DNA of 64,000 nucleotides from Octopus sinensis (lineage: Eukaryota): NCBI RefSeq assembly GCF_006345805.1, contig NC_043009.1, positions 66,092,001 to 66,156,000 of the forward strand, written 5' to 3'. A program made the position numbers and the translations under genes. Shown here one piece after another: positions 40,326 to 52,859 of this stretch. The notes below the pieces were generated by a model that was given only the letters and a program-made list of their open reading frames with translations, was not told the origin of the DNA and made no database searches. How positions within the stretch are numbered: the first letter of the stretch is position 1; the number at the start of each line of letters is the position of its first letter.

Positions 40326-40597
40326 AGGAATTAGAGAAAAAACAAACAAACAAGCAAGCAAAATAACTGGTGATAGTCTGAATTTGTAAGAATGAATCAA
40401 TAAGAGAATTCAAAGAAAAGTTCAGTTGTATAGTTGCTGGGAAGAATGTGCAGAATGTGACGTTTCGGATTATTGTTCTTCATCGAAAAGTGAGTAGGAG
40501 GAAGAGAAGGAAGGGAGAGAAAGGAAATGACGTTGCTATTTGGGTTGTTGGCAAGTAAATAAGATTGAACTGATGTAGGTGAAAAGTAAAGTTGTGA

Positions 40598-40657
<60 letters not shown>

Positions 40658-40661
<4 letters not shown>

Positions 40662-40858
40662 AGTCGCCATGATTGACCGCTAAATTCACAAGTTTTTGTT
40701 ATTCTCTGTTTATTTCTTTGTATTCCTTTCTGTCGAAGAGCGTAAGCTTGAAACGTAAAAGACTTTCGCACCTTCCCGAGCGTCAAACTAATACACCTGC
40801 TTGTTGTTTATACACCTGTCTTCGTTTTTTGTTTTTTTTTTTGTAAATTTCAACTACA
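40658..40858 (+). mobile_element. Short Penelope-type terminal-repeat element between (TA)n and (CA)n
   Basis: Carries a hammerhead-shaped motif at 40726-40761; a related antisense copy lies at about 63790-63990. Confidence 0.55.
40726..40761 (+). ncRNA. Minimal type I hammerhead-like motif, variant core CUGUCGA
   Basis: CTTT-CTGTCGA-A-GAGC-gtaa-GCTT-GAAAC-GTA-AAAG: stems I and II pair, palindromic ACGT stem III, GUA cleavage triplet. Confidence 0.55.
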
Positions 40859-41450
40859 CACACACACACACATACACACGCACACACACATATATATATA
40901 TATACATTTATATATGCACGCACATTTATCTCGTATTTACCGACGTATAATATTCGCGTATAAGATACCCCTGATTTAGAGTAGGAAATTTAACAAAAAA
41001 AAAAAAATAATATAGTTAAATTGAAGATAATAATTTGTTACATTAATTTTAAAAAATAATGAATTTTTATGGCATGTAGGTATTAGAAGAAACAACATCT
41101 ATGGGGAAAATATCATGGTATCAGAATTTGAGAGAAATCATATTAACAGTAAAATTCACTTAAACAGAACATTATAAGAACTATACAGAAGGAAAAAAAA
41201 AGATATATAACTGTTGCGAAATAAATATTAAAAAAAAAACGAACATTCTAGCAAATTGTTTATCTTTGGTATATTGGAAATTATAAGTTCAAGGATATGT
41301 AGTTAATTAGCGACATAAACAAGTAATTAGCTGTGTAATCAAGCGAATTTCAAAGCCTCACAGAAATATATAAATTTTAGTAAGGTAGGACCCCTCACCC
41401 TGAGAAGATGACATTTTTATTGAAACATTTAAGAGATAAACACACACACA

Positions 41451-41481
<31 letters not shown>

Positions 41482-42382
41482 CACATGCCTATCTACATAT
41501 ACATCAGTAAATATATCCACAATATAGATTTATAAAAGAACAAAACAAGGAACACCAACACGCATCATTCTTTGATTGGCGCGTGGAAGAACAGCTGAGG
41601 ATTGTGGGTTAAAATGATGGGGCTACGATGGATGCAACGAAAACCCAGAAGTAGCTGAGGTTTATATTCCGACGTTGCGCAGAAGAGGTCCCCAGGTTTA
41701 AAATTAAATGCTTTTGTCCCATACGCCTGCAGGAGTTAGATAATCTATAGCACGGGAAAATACCATAGTTTAGGAGACGATGGCCAGCAAGTAGAGCCGG
41801 ATAAGTTAAAGTGACGGGTTACATTATTTGAGGAATCGCTCGACGTTGTAATTGACATTAAGGAAATGCTCACGGGACCGGTCACCCAAAAGGCACCTCA
41901 TCTCATCTATGCATCGTGCAGCGCAGTGCAGAGTCTGTATATTATGTTATATATTATACTTTACACCCAGCACAAACGCACACATACATATATACATACA
42001 TACACACACACAAAGTTAACAACGAAAATAATTCGAAAAACAAGATACTTATTAAATTTAGGCTTACAGAAAGAAAAGGAAACAAGAGTTTGTGAGTTTT
42101 CGAGCTGAAGATCTTTGCTAGAAAGACACCGAGAGGAAAAGTCTGGGGGAAAATAGCCAGAAATGAAACGGCAAATAAGAGAAAAATCGGTTATAGACTA
42201 TGTTAAGCCTCGTTAGAACTGGACGGAAGTTAGAAATGACCGGAAGTTAAAGTGAACGAAAGAGGTTTCATACAAACAAGAGCAACAGTGGATGAAATTA
42301 TACATGTGTGCGTGTGTGTGTGTATGTCTTTGTGTGTGTGTGTGTATGTGTTTGTGTGTGTGTGTGCGTTTGTGTGTGTAAA

Positions 42383-42612
42383 GGCGGCGAGCTGGCAGAA
42401 TCGTTAGCATGCCGGGCGAAATGCTTAGTGGTATTTCGTCTGCGTTACGTTGTGAGTTCAAATTCCGCCGAGGTCGACTTTGCCTTTCATCCTTTCGGGG
42501 TCGATAAATTAAGTACCAGTTACGCACTGGGGTCGATGTAATCGACTTAACTTCTATGTCTGTCCTTGTTTGTCCCCTCTGTGTTTAGCCCCTTGCGGGT
42601 AGTAAAGAAATA
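42383..42612 (+). mobile_element. SINE family A, tail A, full length
   Basis: Near-consensus copy. Confidence 0.9.
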
Positions 42613-43231
42613 GGTATGTGCAGTTAATTTCCTGGTTTTATGCTCACAAAATTTCCCTCGGTTTTATTGCTCGACTTGATTCTAAGGTAGCAGAACGAAA
42701 GGGTTACAAGGGGCACAGCCATAACTGTGAGATTGGCGGAAAGGAAGAACGAGGGAGAAGAAGAAGAAGAAGAAGACAAGAAGCTGGGGTGAAATAAGGT
42801 TCTAGGGAAAGGGAGAGAGAGAGCGAGGCCGAGAGAGTAAGAGAAGTTAAGATGGGGAAGAAAAAAGAAGAGTCGAGAAGAGAAAAAAACGACAAATATT
42901 ACGAGGAATAGAGACGTACAATGTTTGCGAAAGACAACGGGGGAGAGAAAGGAGGAAGAGGAAGAGCGAGCGAGAGAGAGAGAGAGAAGAAGCGAGAGTG
43001 TATGTTATTGAATCCCATAAAGGGGAAAAGATAGAGTGAAACACACACACACACACCACACACACATACACACATACACAAACACATACACACACACATA
43101 CACACACACACACACATGTAATACATAGTGAGTGAGGGCGGGTGAAAAGAGCAAGATAGATAGAAAAGCAGACAGACAAAACGAAGTAGAAAATCAGCGA
43201 CTGTGAATAGTGGAGAGAAAGAGTGGCAAGG

Positions 43232-43262
<31 letters not shown>

Positions 43263-43771
43263 AGAGAAAGGGGAGAGAGAGAAAAGAAATCGAAAATATT
43301 TAAATCTAATTAAAGAACTTAATCGATCCCGGATCGATTAAAAGCAAAATCGATTCCGTCGGGATTTGAACCCATAACAAGGCATTTAGTGCAAGCGATG
43401 TCTGTTTTTGCAGTAGACACTACGCACACGCACACACACACACATACACACACGTACACATACATACACACACGCACACATGGCCATATATGTACGTACA
43501 TTTGTGTGTGTGTGTGTGTGTACAACGAAGCTTCATAAACCGAACGAAACTAAGCATCAGTGATGTAGGGGCTATAATCCCAAGCCTACTGGTTCGGCTG
43601 GGCACTGCAAATCCGCCGATCATACTACATTCATCAAACCATCTATCTCTGTGTACGTCTGTGTTTCTGTCCGTACACACACGCACACAAACACACACAC
43701 ACACACGTATATAAGTGTGTGTGCGTGCGTGTGCGTATGTGTGTATATATATATCGAGATAGATAGATAGG

Positions 43772-43819
<48 letters not shown>

Positions 43820-43897
43820 GGGATAGAAAGAGAGATAGAGAGATGCATAGATAGATAGATGGATGGATAGATAGAGGAATAGACAGATAGATAGATA

Positions 43898-44053
43898 GGC
43901 GGCGAGCTGGCAGAAACGTTAGCACGCCGGGCGAAATACTTTGTGGCATTTCGTCCACCGCTACGTTCTGAGTTCAAATTTCGCCGAGGTCGACTTTGCC
44001 TTTCATCCTTTCAGGGTCGATAAATTAAGTACCAGTTACGCACTGGGGTCGAC
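43898..44053 (+). mobile_element. SINE family A, 3'-truncated, adjacent to (GATA)n
   Basis: Head and CORE-like body present, tail absent. Confidence 0.85.
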
Positions 44054-44979
44054 AACTCACCCTCAATTTCGTTCAGGAGTGATGCACATAATCGATGTTT
44101 CACCATTTATGTATTTTTGTGCCTTATCAACATCACATACCCGGACTGAATCCGAGTGAACTGAATCACTGGCGTCTGAGACTATACATATAGAGTAAAA
44201 ACCATTTGTTAATGATGAAACATCGATGTCCATCACCCCTGAATAGGATTTGGGGCGAATTGTACCACCTGTCTATGACTTCCAGCTGTTTTAGCAGGCA
44301 GCACCTTGAGGGAGGCATCGCCACTGCGCTAATTCGCAGCCTATCGGCGAACAAGCAGGACACATCAATTAAGTATGTGTGGTCGATAAAGTCTATAACA
44401 CTAGCGCTGCTTCTGATTCGTATTTGAATACACACATCATATACATGTATTTGTGCATATTCGTAGTGTTACTTATTGTTTAGATTCATGTAGTTACTGA
44501 TCGTATACATTTATATTCAGGAATTTTTCAGCAGTGACCACTCCGCCCTATTTAGGACTATGCGTAGTTCCTTTATCTAATGTGTCCTTACTTTTTAAAA
44601 TATACTTTGTGGGAGATTTTTGATTGCTATTTTTAGTTGAAGTTATCCCGTTGGCTGTTGATACCAGTGATCTACTGTGGTACCTTCACTGAACCACAGT
44701 TCTAGTCCAAAGCTGATTTCCTGTTGTTTATCTTTTATAAGAAACCAATATTACTTTGAGTCAACAATTCTGAGGTTGCGCAGCTTTGGATTGAATGTCA
44801 TCAGACCAGTGGGTTTTTAATGGTATCGATATATCCAGAGAGAGTAGCAGTGGATTATGTGAAACTGATAACAGTGATGCTGATGATGATGGGGGTGTTG
44901 ATGGTGGTGATGGAGATGTAGAGAGATGGAATCCGATATTGAATGCGAAAACTGGCCGGAAATTAACAATGTGTGATAT

Positions 44980-45232
44980 GTCACAGTTGCTGTTGTTGTT
45001 GTTGCTGCTGCTGCTGCTACTGCTGCTGCCAGAGTTTCTATGCTTGCTGTTGCTGCTGTTGTCATTATTGTTGTTGTTGTTGTCGTTCTTCCATTGCTAT
45101 TATTATTGTTGTCGTTGTCGCTTTTGTCCTTATATTGTTGCTATTTTTGTTCTGTATTATTATTATTATTATCCCTAATTTTGCTGCTACTGCTGCTGCT
45201 GCTACTACAGTTGCTGCAATTGTTGTTGTTGC

Positions 45233-45265
<33 letters not shown>

Positions 45266-45627
45266 AGTTACAGTTCCTGTCTATATCAGTCGGGAGATTG
45301 CTCTTCAATCTGGGGTAAATTGTTTAATGTTTTTCGAGCCGACACCCCACCCCGCTTCCTCCGCCACCAACTTTTTTCCCCGCCTCGCATCTGTCAAGTA
45401 ATTGACATTTCTCATGACCACCACTGTCAAAACCGCCGCTACCACCACTACCAGCACCAGCACCAACACAGACACCAATATCGCCGCAACTACGACCACC
45501 ACTACTACCAAGATCACTACTACCACCACCACCACCACTACGAATACTCCCACCGACTTTCTTCATCGTTCCCCCACTCCCGCCTGTACCTCCCACAAAT
45601 CTCCATCATTCAAATAGTTATCAGCGT

Positions 45628-45665
<38 letters not shown>

Positions 45666-45880
45666 TTCCTACTACTGCTGCTGCTGCTGCTACTGGTGCT
45701 GCTACTACTACTGTTGATGATGATGATAATGATTGTGATGATGATGATGATGACGACGATGACGGCTATAATGATGATGATGGTGATGATGAAGGGGAGG
45801 AGGGTGATGATGAGGATGAGATTGATATTACTACCACTACCACCACAACTACAACTACTACTACTACTACTACTACTAAA
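44980..45880. repeat. Trinucleotide compound microsatellite block
   Basis: Direct inspection. Confidence 0.85.
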
Positions 45881-46008
45881 TGCGTACACATGTTTGTAAG
45901 CCCAAATTGCTAAAAACGCTTCACGTCCATATGGCATAGCAAGCTTCACACCTAGACACACACGCACCCATACACAGCTCTGCATACAATCATACACGCA
46001 TACACATG

Positions 46009-46041
<33 letters not shown>

Positions 46042-47716
46042 CGCCCGCACATACATACAAGCATACTCACGGATGCATGGAAACAAATCTTAATTGATAG
46101 ACATACGCATATACACTGCACTCTACGTACATGCGTACACTATACATACACATATATAAAGTAGTACATACACATGTACGGACTTACACATGCAAATACA
46201 TACATACATAAATACATACATACATACATACGCATACATACGCGTGTATATACATATATACATATATATAGAGAGAGAGAGACAGAGAAAGAGAGAGAGA
46301 GAGGGCTTTGTACATGCACACATAAATACTTATGTATACCGGTGTCCGATGTACTTGCATGTACACATATACACTGGTATACCGCCACACACACACGCAC
46401 ACACATGCTTTCTTTCTCACACACGCACACATACATAACACATATATGGACCAATACACATAGTCATTCACATGCATACTCTCGAAGGCAAAAAGTGCAC
46501 ACACCCATGTGCAAATGTATACAGGTCACATATACACGCATGAAAATACACAAACACACACATAGATATTAGAAAACTCACACATACACACAAAATCCAG
46601 ACGTTAGTCCACATGCACGCACGCACGCACGCACGCATTTCATACATATACAGACATTGCACAAACACGGACACGCAACTATACCATCGTATGCATATCA
46701 CACACACACACGTGTACACACATGCACAATCAAACTGACAGATACATACAAAACAGGTAAGCACACACACACACTGTATTTGTGAACTGGCGCATATATA
46801 TATATATATATCGTATATACAAGCATACACGTCTACAAGCATTCGCTGGCTTGCACATACTCGCAAAGCACGTCAGCATGCTGCATATGCAGGCAATGCA
46901 CATGTATACACTCACTCACACACACACACACACAGATACGTTATGCGTGCATGACCATGCATATATACACACGCATCGTGCGTGCACTTAACAAATTATT
47001 TCTTCTAATGCTTTTGCCTCGAAAAGCAAGCAATAAAGAGATGATTGTGTCACAACATACACTGACCTTCTATTTCACAAATTACTTGCAGAACCTCTTC
47101 ATTTTAACTGCTTCTATTTAGTGTTGTCGTTCTTGTTGTTGTTGTTGTTGTGGTGGTGGTGGTTGTTGTTGTTCTTGTTGTTTAGCTAGCTTTGATTTTA
47201 CGGGCCTATGATCAAAGGCGTTCCATTTGTGGCCGTCTACAATTTTTCCATTGTTCGCACTACCATAAGCAATGTGTCTGCAATTTTGTGTGTGGTTAGA
47301 GGGAGTTTTGGCTGTTATTTCTAGCAGGTTGCGCGACTATGTAGATGTTCCTTCATTAACTTTATTTCACAACAGCAACAGTTGTTGTTGCTGTTGCTGT
47401 TGTTGTTGTTGCTTTATTGTAGGTTAATCTTGATTCAGCAGAACTATTCTCAAAGGCGTTCCAGCCATTTTCCTAAAGACGTTTTCCCAGACATAGTGTA
47501 TCAAGGATTACAATATAGAATCTATTCTTCCCTTTTTATGACATTAAAAGTGTGATATGAGGGCGATTTAGTTGTTTTTTCTAGCAGATCGTGTGACCGC
47601 GTAAAGGCTTCTTTAATGGTTGAGTTTTTTCCTATTGTTTAACTTCTTATACGTGTTTGCTGTTCAAGAGTCATTTAAATCAAATAGCACTTGATATTCA
47701 GTGACAATATTTGGCT

Positions 47717-48120
47717 AAGAGAGAGAGAGAGAGAGAGAGGGAGAGACAGAGAGAGAGGAAGAAAGAGAGAGAGAGGAAGAAAGAGAGAGAGAGAGGAAGA
47801 AAGTGAGAGAGGAAGAAAGAGAGAGAGAGAGGAAGAAAGAGAGAGAGAGAGGAAGAAAGAGAGAGAGAGAGGAAGAAATAGAGAGAGATAGGAAGAGAGA
47901 GAGAGAGAGGGGAAGAAAGAGAGAGAGAGGAAGAAAGAGAGAGAAGAGAGGAAGAAAGAGAGAGAGAGAGGAAGAAAGAAAGAGAGAGAGAGAGGAAGAA
48001 AGAGAGAGAGAGGAAGAAAGGGAAAGAGAGAGAGAGAGAGAAGAAAGTGAGAGAGAGAGGAAGAAAGAGAGAGAGAGAGGAAGAAAGAGAGAGAGAGATA
48101 GGAAGAAAGAGAGAGAAGAG
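47717..48120. repeat. Polypurine satellite (GA)n/GAGGAAGAAA, period about 20 nt
   Basis: About 400 nt of nearly pure purines on the plus strand. Confidence 0.95.
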
Positions 48121-48622
48121 TCAAGATTCCTACGTGTAGATTCCGCCGCGCTCGACTTCGCCTTTCGCCCGATGTTAGGCTGTTAGCACTCATTATTTGA
48201 TTGGTACAATAATTAAATAAATAAATAAATAAATAAATAAAAATGCCCCTGTAGTAGTTATCCCCGTCGCTTCATTTTTTACGTTCGTTCAAATCCTGCA
48301 GAGGTCGACTTCATCATTAATCCACCCAGGAATCAATAAAATAAATTCCGGTCAAGTTATGCGGATTTACATAATCTCAACAGTTCCTTAAAATAATTAT
48401 GGCTTTATGCCAATGTCATTAATGAAATATTAATTAATTCGAAGATCCAGCGTCAGCTGTAATAAAATACTTGCAGAGAAACACCTCTGGTGACAGTGTA
48501 ATTGGCGTGAGTGCTGGTAGACGAGTAGGGGTGACCGTTGCTCCAGTCACTGGTTTCTCTCATCCTTATGTGAGCAAGAACCCTTAACGCCATTTTGTTT
48601 CTTGCTTGCATCATATCTAACG

Positions 48623-48905
48623 AAGGCGCGTGGCCTGGTGGTTAGTATGCTGCATTCACGGTCGCTAGATCGTGGGTTCGATGCATCGACTTGGCAGCGC
48701 ATTGCGTTCTTGAGGAAAACACTTCGTTTCACGTTTCTCCTGTCCACCCAACAGTAAAACAATAAGCTATCGGTGGACTGGCTTTCCCATCAGAGGGAAT
48801 GTGGACCCGTTTGCCTTGCCTGCGGGGGTGGTTTCGTTGGAATGCTAGAACGATGCGAAGTACATTGTGACCAGTGATGTATAACAACATCCGTTAGTCT
48901 GGTCG
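48623..48905 (+). mobile_element. SINE family D-related
   Basis: GGCGCGTGGCCTGGTGGTTAG (A box)..GGGTTCGATGC (B box)..AAAACACTTCGTTTCACGTT. Confidence 0.7.
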
Positions 48906-48946
48906 AGAGAAAACAAATCAACCAGACTATCTCTGTCTATATTGCT

Positions 48947-49165
48947 CAGTGGTTTTCAACCAGGGTTTCGCGGAACCTTAGGGTTCCGCCAGTACAGTCC
49001 AGGGGTTCCGCAAGAAGTTACAAAAATGCTAAAATCGACAGTAATTTTTAATTCTCTTGTGCAGATATGTGTGCATAAGACAATTAAATTATTGCACAGG
49101 GGTTCCTCGAGCCAGTGAAATGATTTCTTGGGGTTCCGCTCCAGCAAAAAGGTTGAAAAGCACTG
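48947..49165. mobile_element. hAT (Charlie-type) MITE
   Basis: TIRs CAGTGGTTTTCAACC and GGTTGAAAAGCACTG; 8-bp TSD ATATTGCT / ATATAGCT. Confidence 0.9.
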
Positions 49166-49504
49166 ATATAGCTACATGCATATACATGCATAACAATTTA
49201 GGTCTAAATTTGGTGGAGTTCTTACAGATTGTGATGTCGAGAATTGAAAAACTTGGGTTAACAGAGATTATCCACGAAATAAGAAGACAGGGACTCCTTC
49301 TAGAGTTGTTTAAAATCTAAAGACCAAGCATAGGGGATTACCCCAATAACATTTCATGAAGATTCTGGTGTGCGTCAGGTCATTATGCTGTGTGGGAAAC
49401 GGTGTCATTAATTCTATACATTTGTCTGGCATTCACCTTCAGGAAGAGAGATCTCTGTCGTTTGTTTGTCTGCCTCTTCCCCACCCCCCTCTCACATTCT
49501 CCCT

Positions 49505-49559
<55 letters not shown>

Positions 49560-50450
49560 TTCTTTATTTCTAAGCCACCTAATGTCCTGAACGTGGGAAT
49601 ACCACTGACGGAGATTCTAGTTTGATCCACTCTTATCTGCATTATCTTCATGTTCCAATTATTCATATTGCTTAATATCAGTAGAGTGAACAAGCCAGAG
49701 TTTTAAATCTACGATTTACATGGATAATCTCTGTTAATCGAAGTTTCTCAATTCGCTAAGTTTTATCTACGAAACCTTAGCGCCAATGTGTAACATTCGT
49801 TGGCCAAAATGCTTCCTCGATGCATTTTCTCTTTGTCCTTTGGTTAATTATACATTGGCGAAACCTCATCTTACTCAAATCAGATTCACATTACACCAGT
49901 TCCAGACACCCAAGACTATAACCAAATCCACTCTTTCTCACAATTAACTCCCACCGATACCCCCACCTCCTCCACTCACATTCTCCTCTCCATCGTCTTC
50001 ACTGCCATTTCCGATGTGTTGTATGAATTACGAGTGAATAGGTAAACAAATGACATTTAAGAACTTTAGAACTTCTAAACGGATTTATTGTTCTTTGTTC
50101 ACTGTTGCATTTCTTATGTTTGTTTTTGCTGATATTTAAGATTTTTGATGTAGAATTTCAGACAAGCTTCTGATGAAATATCAAAAGGAAAGAGACATTT
50201 TTTTTTAAAACGAATACTTATTCAAGATCGGTATTTGTGATGGAATTTCATTAATGAGTAATCATTTCTTAAATAGGCACAAGGTCTCAAATCTGGCGGG
50301 AGGTAACAATCGATAATGTCGAAGCTAGCAGTTGATAGATGCTTTATTTTACCGATTCCGAAACGAAGAAACCCAAAGTCGGCGTTGGCTGATTTTAAAC
50401 TCTGATCGAAAATACCGGAACAAATCCTTCAAAGTATTTGGAAACAATGA

Positions 50451-50857
50451 AAGCGGCGAGCTGACAGAAACGTTAGCACGCCGGGCGAAATGCGTAGCCG
50501 TATTTCATCTGCCGTTACGTTCTGGGTTCAAATTCCGCCGAGGTCGACTTTGCCTTTCATCCTTTCGGGGTCGATAAATTAAGTACAAGTTACGCACTGA
50601 GGTCGATATAATCGACTGAATCCGTTTGTCTGTCCTTGTTTGTCCTCTCTTGTGGGTAGTAAAGAAATAGGTATTTCATCTGCCTTTATGTTCTGATTTC
50701 AAATTCCGCCGAGGTCCACTTTGCCTTTCATCCCTTCGGGGTCGATAAATTAAGTACCAGTTACGCACTGGGGTCGATGTAATCGATTTAATCCGTTTGT
50801 CTGCTGTCTTTCTTTGTCCTCTCTGTGTTTAGCCCCCTGTGGGTAGTAAAGAAATAG
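50451..50857 (+). mobile_element. Dimeric family A SINE with 17-bp TSD
   Basis: A full unit plus a headless unit joined at AAAGAAATA|GGTATTTC; TSD GTATTTGGAAACAATGA at 50434-50450 and 50858-50874. Confidence 0.9.
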
Positions 50858-51310
50858 GTATTTGGAAACAATGATCTAGCGACTTTGTCAATCCACCGAT
50901 CCACTCAGTATTCAAGTTCAAGACCAGCGTTTCTTGCAAAAATATTTTAAAAATAAAAACTATGGTTAAAATCGATCGAACGTCAAATATCTTTTGGTAT
51001 TTGGTTACAACCCTTTACCTCCTGTGTTTAAATCCTAATTAAGTCGACTTTTTCTTTAAACTCTCCCTTCGAAAATGGTAACTCAAGTATTAGGAAGAAG
51101 CACTGATGTTCGATATAATCGATTGAGGCATTGGAATCAGCAAAGAGGTTATATGAGCTGTAAATAAACGCTTTATTTATAACGAGTTATTTATAATAGC
51201 TTAATTTATAGGACATAACTAGCAAAAGACTGGGATATTTCATGTTTCATAAACGTTCGTAATTCCGTTTCTATGCAGAAATTTATAGAATGTGAACACT
51301 TGATTCATTA

Positions 51311-51442
51311 TACAGTTCTATATTTAAGAGATGAGGAATTATGTACATTATTTATATTATTTACATTTGACGGCCATATGGCGTAGTGGTTAAGAGCGCG
51401 GGCTACTAACCCCAACATTCTGAGTTCGATTCCAGACAGTGA

Positions 51443-51476
<34 letters not shown>

Positions 51477-51622
51477 TATGATAATATCGAAAAATACCCT
51501 AGGAATGAGAACCCAGGTTCGAAATTTCCCCAGGACACCTGATGAAGGCTGGAGGGTGTATCAGCCGAAACGTTGTGTTAACAAACAAGATGAGGGCAAA
51601 TATCCGTCAAATGTAAATAATG
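51311..51622 (+). mobile_element. Non-autonomous element: inverted Penelope-type tail + tRNA-derived head + (AAT)n + hammerhead
   Basis: TSD TTGATTCATTA at 51300-51310 and 51623-51633; tRNA-like head at 51372-51444; hammerhead at 51534-51579. Confidence 0.85.
51534..51579 (+). ncRNA. Minimal type I hammerhead ribozyme, intact core
   Basis: GACAC-CTGATGA-A-GGCTG-gagggtgtat-CAGCC-GAAAC-GTT-GTGTT; loopless palindromic stem III (ACGT); one extra A after the CUGAUGA core. Confidence 0.75.
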
Positions 51623-51726
51623 TTGATTCATTAGAAACTTTGATTCTATCTTCGAGTTCGAGCCATAGTTAAGGTCGATTAAAGCGTAACATTCGAACAC
51701 ACGCATGTCGTCAAAAGCAGAATAAT

Positions 51727-52316
51727 ATTTGTTTCAAATTTAGGCACAAGGCCTGAAATTTTCGAGGAGAGAGTTAATCGATAACATCGACCCCAATGCG
51801 TAACTGGTACTTATTTTATAACCTTCAGAAGGATGAAGAGGCAAAGTCGACCTCCGGGGAATTTGAACTCAGAACGTAAAGATTGACGAAATACCTATTT
51901 CTATTTCTTTATTACCCGCAAGGGGCTAAACATAGAGGGGACAAGCAAGGAGAGACAAAGGAATTACGTCGATTACATCTACCCCAGTGTGTAACTGGTA
52001 CTTAATTTATCGACCCCGAAAGTATGAAAGGCAAAGTCGACCTCGGCAGAATTTGAACTCAGAACGTAACAGCAGACGAAATACCTATTTCTTTACTACC
52101 CACAAGGGACTAACCACAGAGAGGACAAACAAGGACAGACAAACGGATTAAGTCGATTATATCGACCCTAGTGCGTAACTGGTACTTATTTAATCGACCC
52201 CGAAAGGATGAAAGACAAAGTCGACCTCGGCGGAATTTGAACTCAGAACGTAGCGGCAGACGAAATACCGCTAAGCATTTCGCCCGGCGCCCTCACGATT
52301 CTTCCTGTTCGCCACC
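51727..52316 (-). mobile_element. Trimeric family A SINE array (tail A, tail A, tail B)
   Basis: Two internal junctions read GAAATACC|TATTTC on the plus strand (about 51890 and 52080). Confidence 0.85.
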
Positions 52317-52859
52317 TGACATGCATCTATAATATCAACCCAAGCGGTCTTTAAGTACAGAAATTATTTTTCATTTAATTAGTCTTTATTTGTTAAAAGC
52401 TTTTGTTGCTGTTGTTTTGTTTTTGTTGTCGTTGCCATTCTAAACATATGTCAAAAAAAAAAAAATAAAAACGCTATAAATTGTCGAGTTTATCTCTTTA
52501 ATGTCGGCACCATCTGTGACATTTCTGCTGTCTTACTCTTTAAGCGGAATTTGTCGAGAAAATCTCGCATTTCATCCCAGTTTACGTCAGTCGACTTTAA
52601 ACGGCTTGGCGGTTAGTTTCGGGCCCAAACCTCGCCATCCCACTGCATTGCATCGTACCACACCGCATCACATTGCCATTAATGTGGAAATCACAAAAGA
52701 AGCGACCGATGTTTTGCAATCAAATCATTAGAAGAAACCGGACTTTTCGAATGGAAGGAACTACTTCGATTTCTGATGCATCTCTTTTGGAACAAATGCT
52801 TCGTACAAAAGGGTTTGGCAAAGGGGACGGAGCGGAGGGGGGGGGGGGTTCGTTTTATC

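Noticed and set aside
40931-40975. Tc1/pogo-like TIR start (CGTATTTACCGACGTATAA)
   Set aside because: No matching second TIR was found nearby
51372-51444. tRNA gene (anticodon loop CT-ACT-AA, Ser-like)
   Set aside because: The acceptor stem is poorly paired, the variable arm is too short for tRNA-Ser, and it is embedded in a TSD-flanked repeat, so it is treated as a SINE-type head
52485-52620. Minus-strand frame STDVNWDEMRDFLDKFRLK.. with a GTAAGA donor-like site
   Set aside because: It is short, bounded by an upstream stop, has only a weak acceptor, and no homology is recognised
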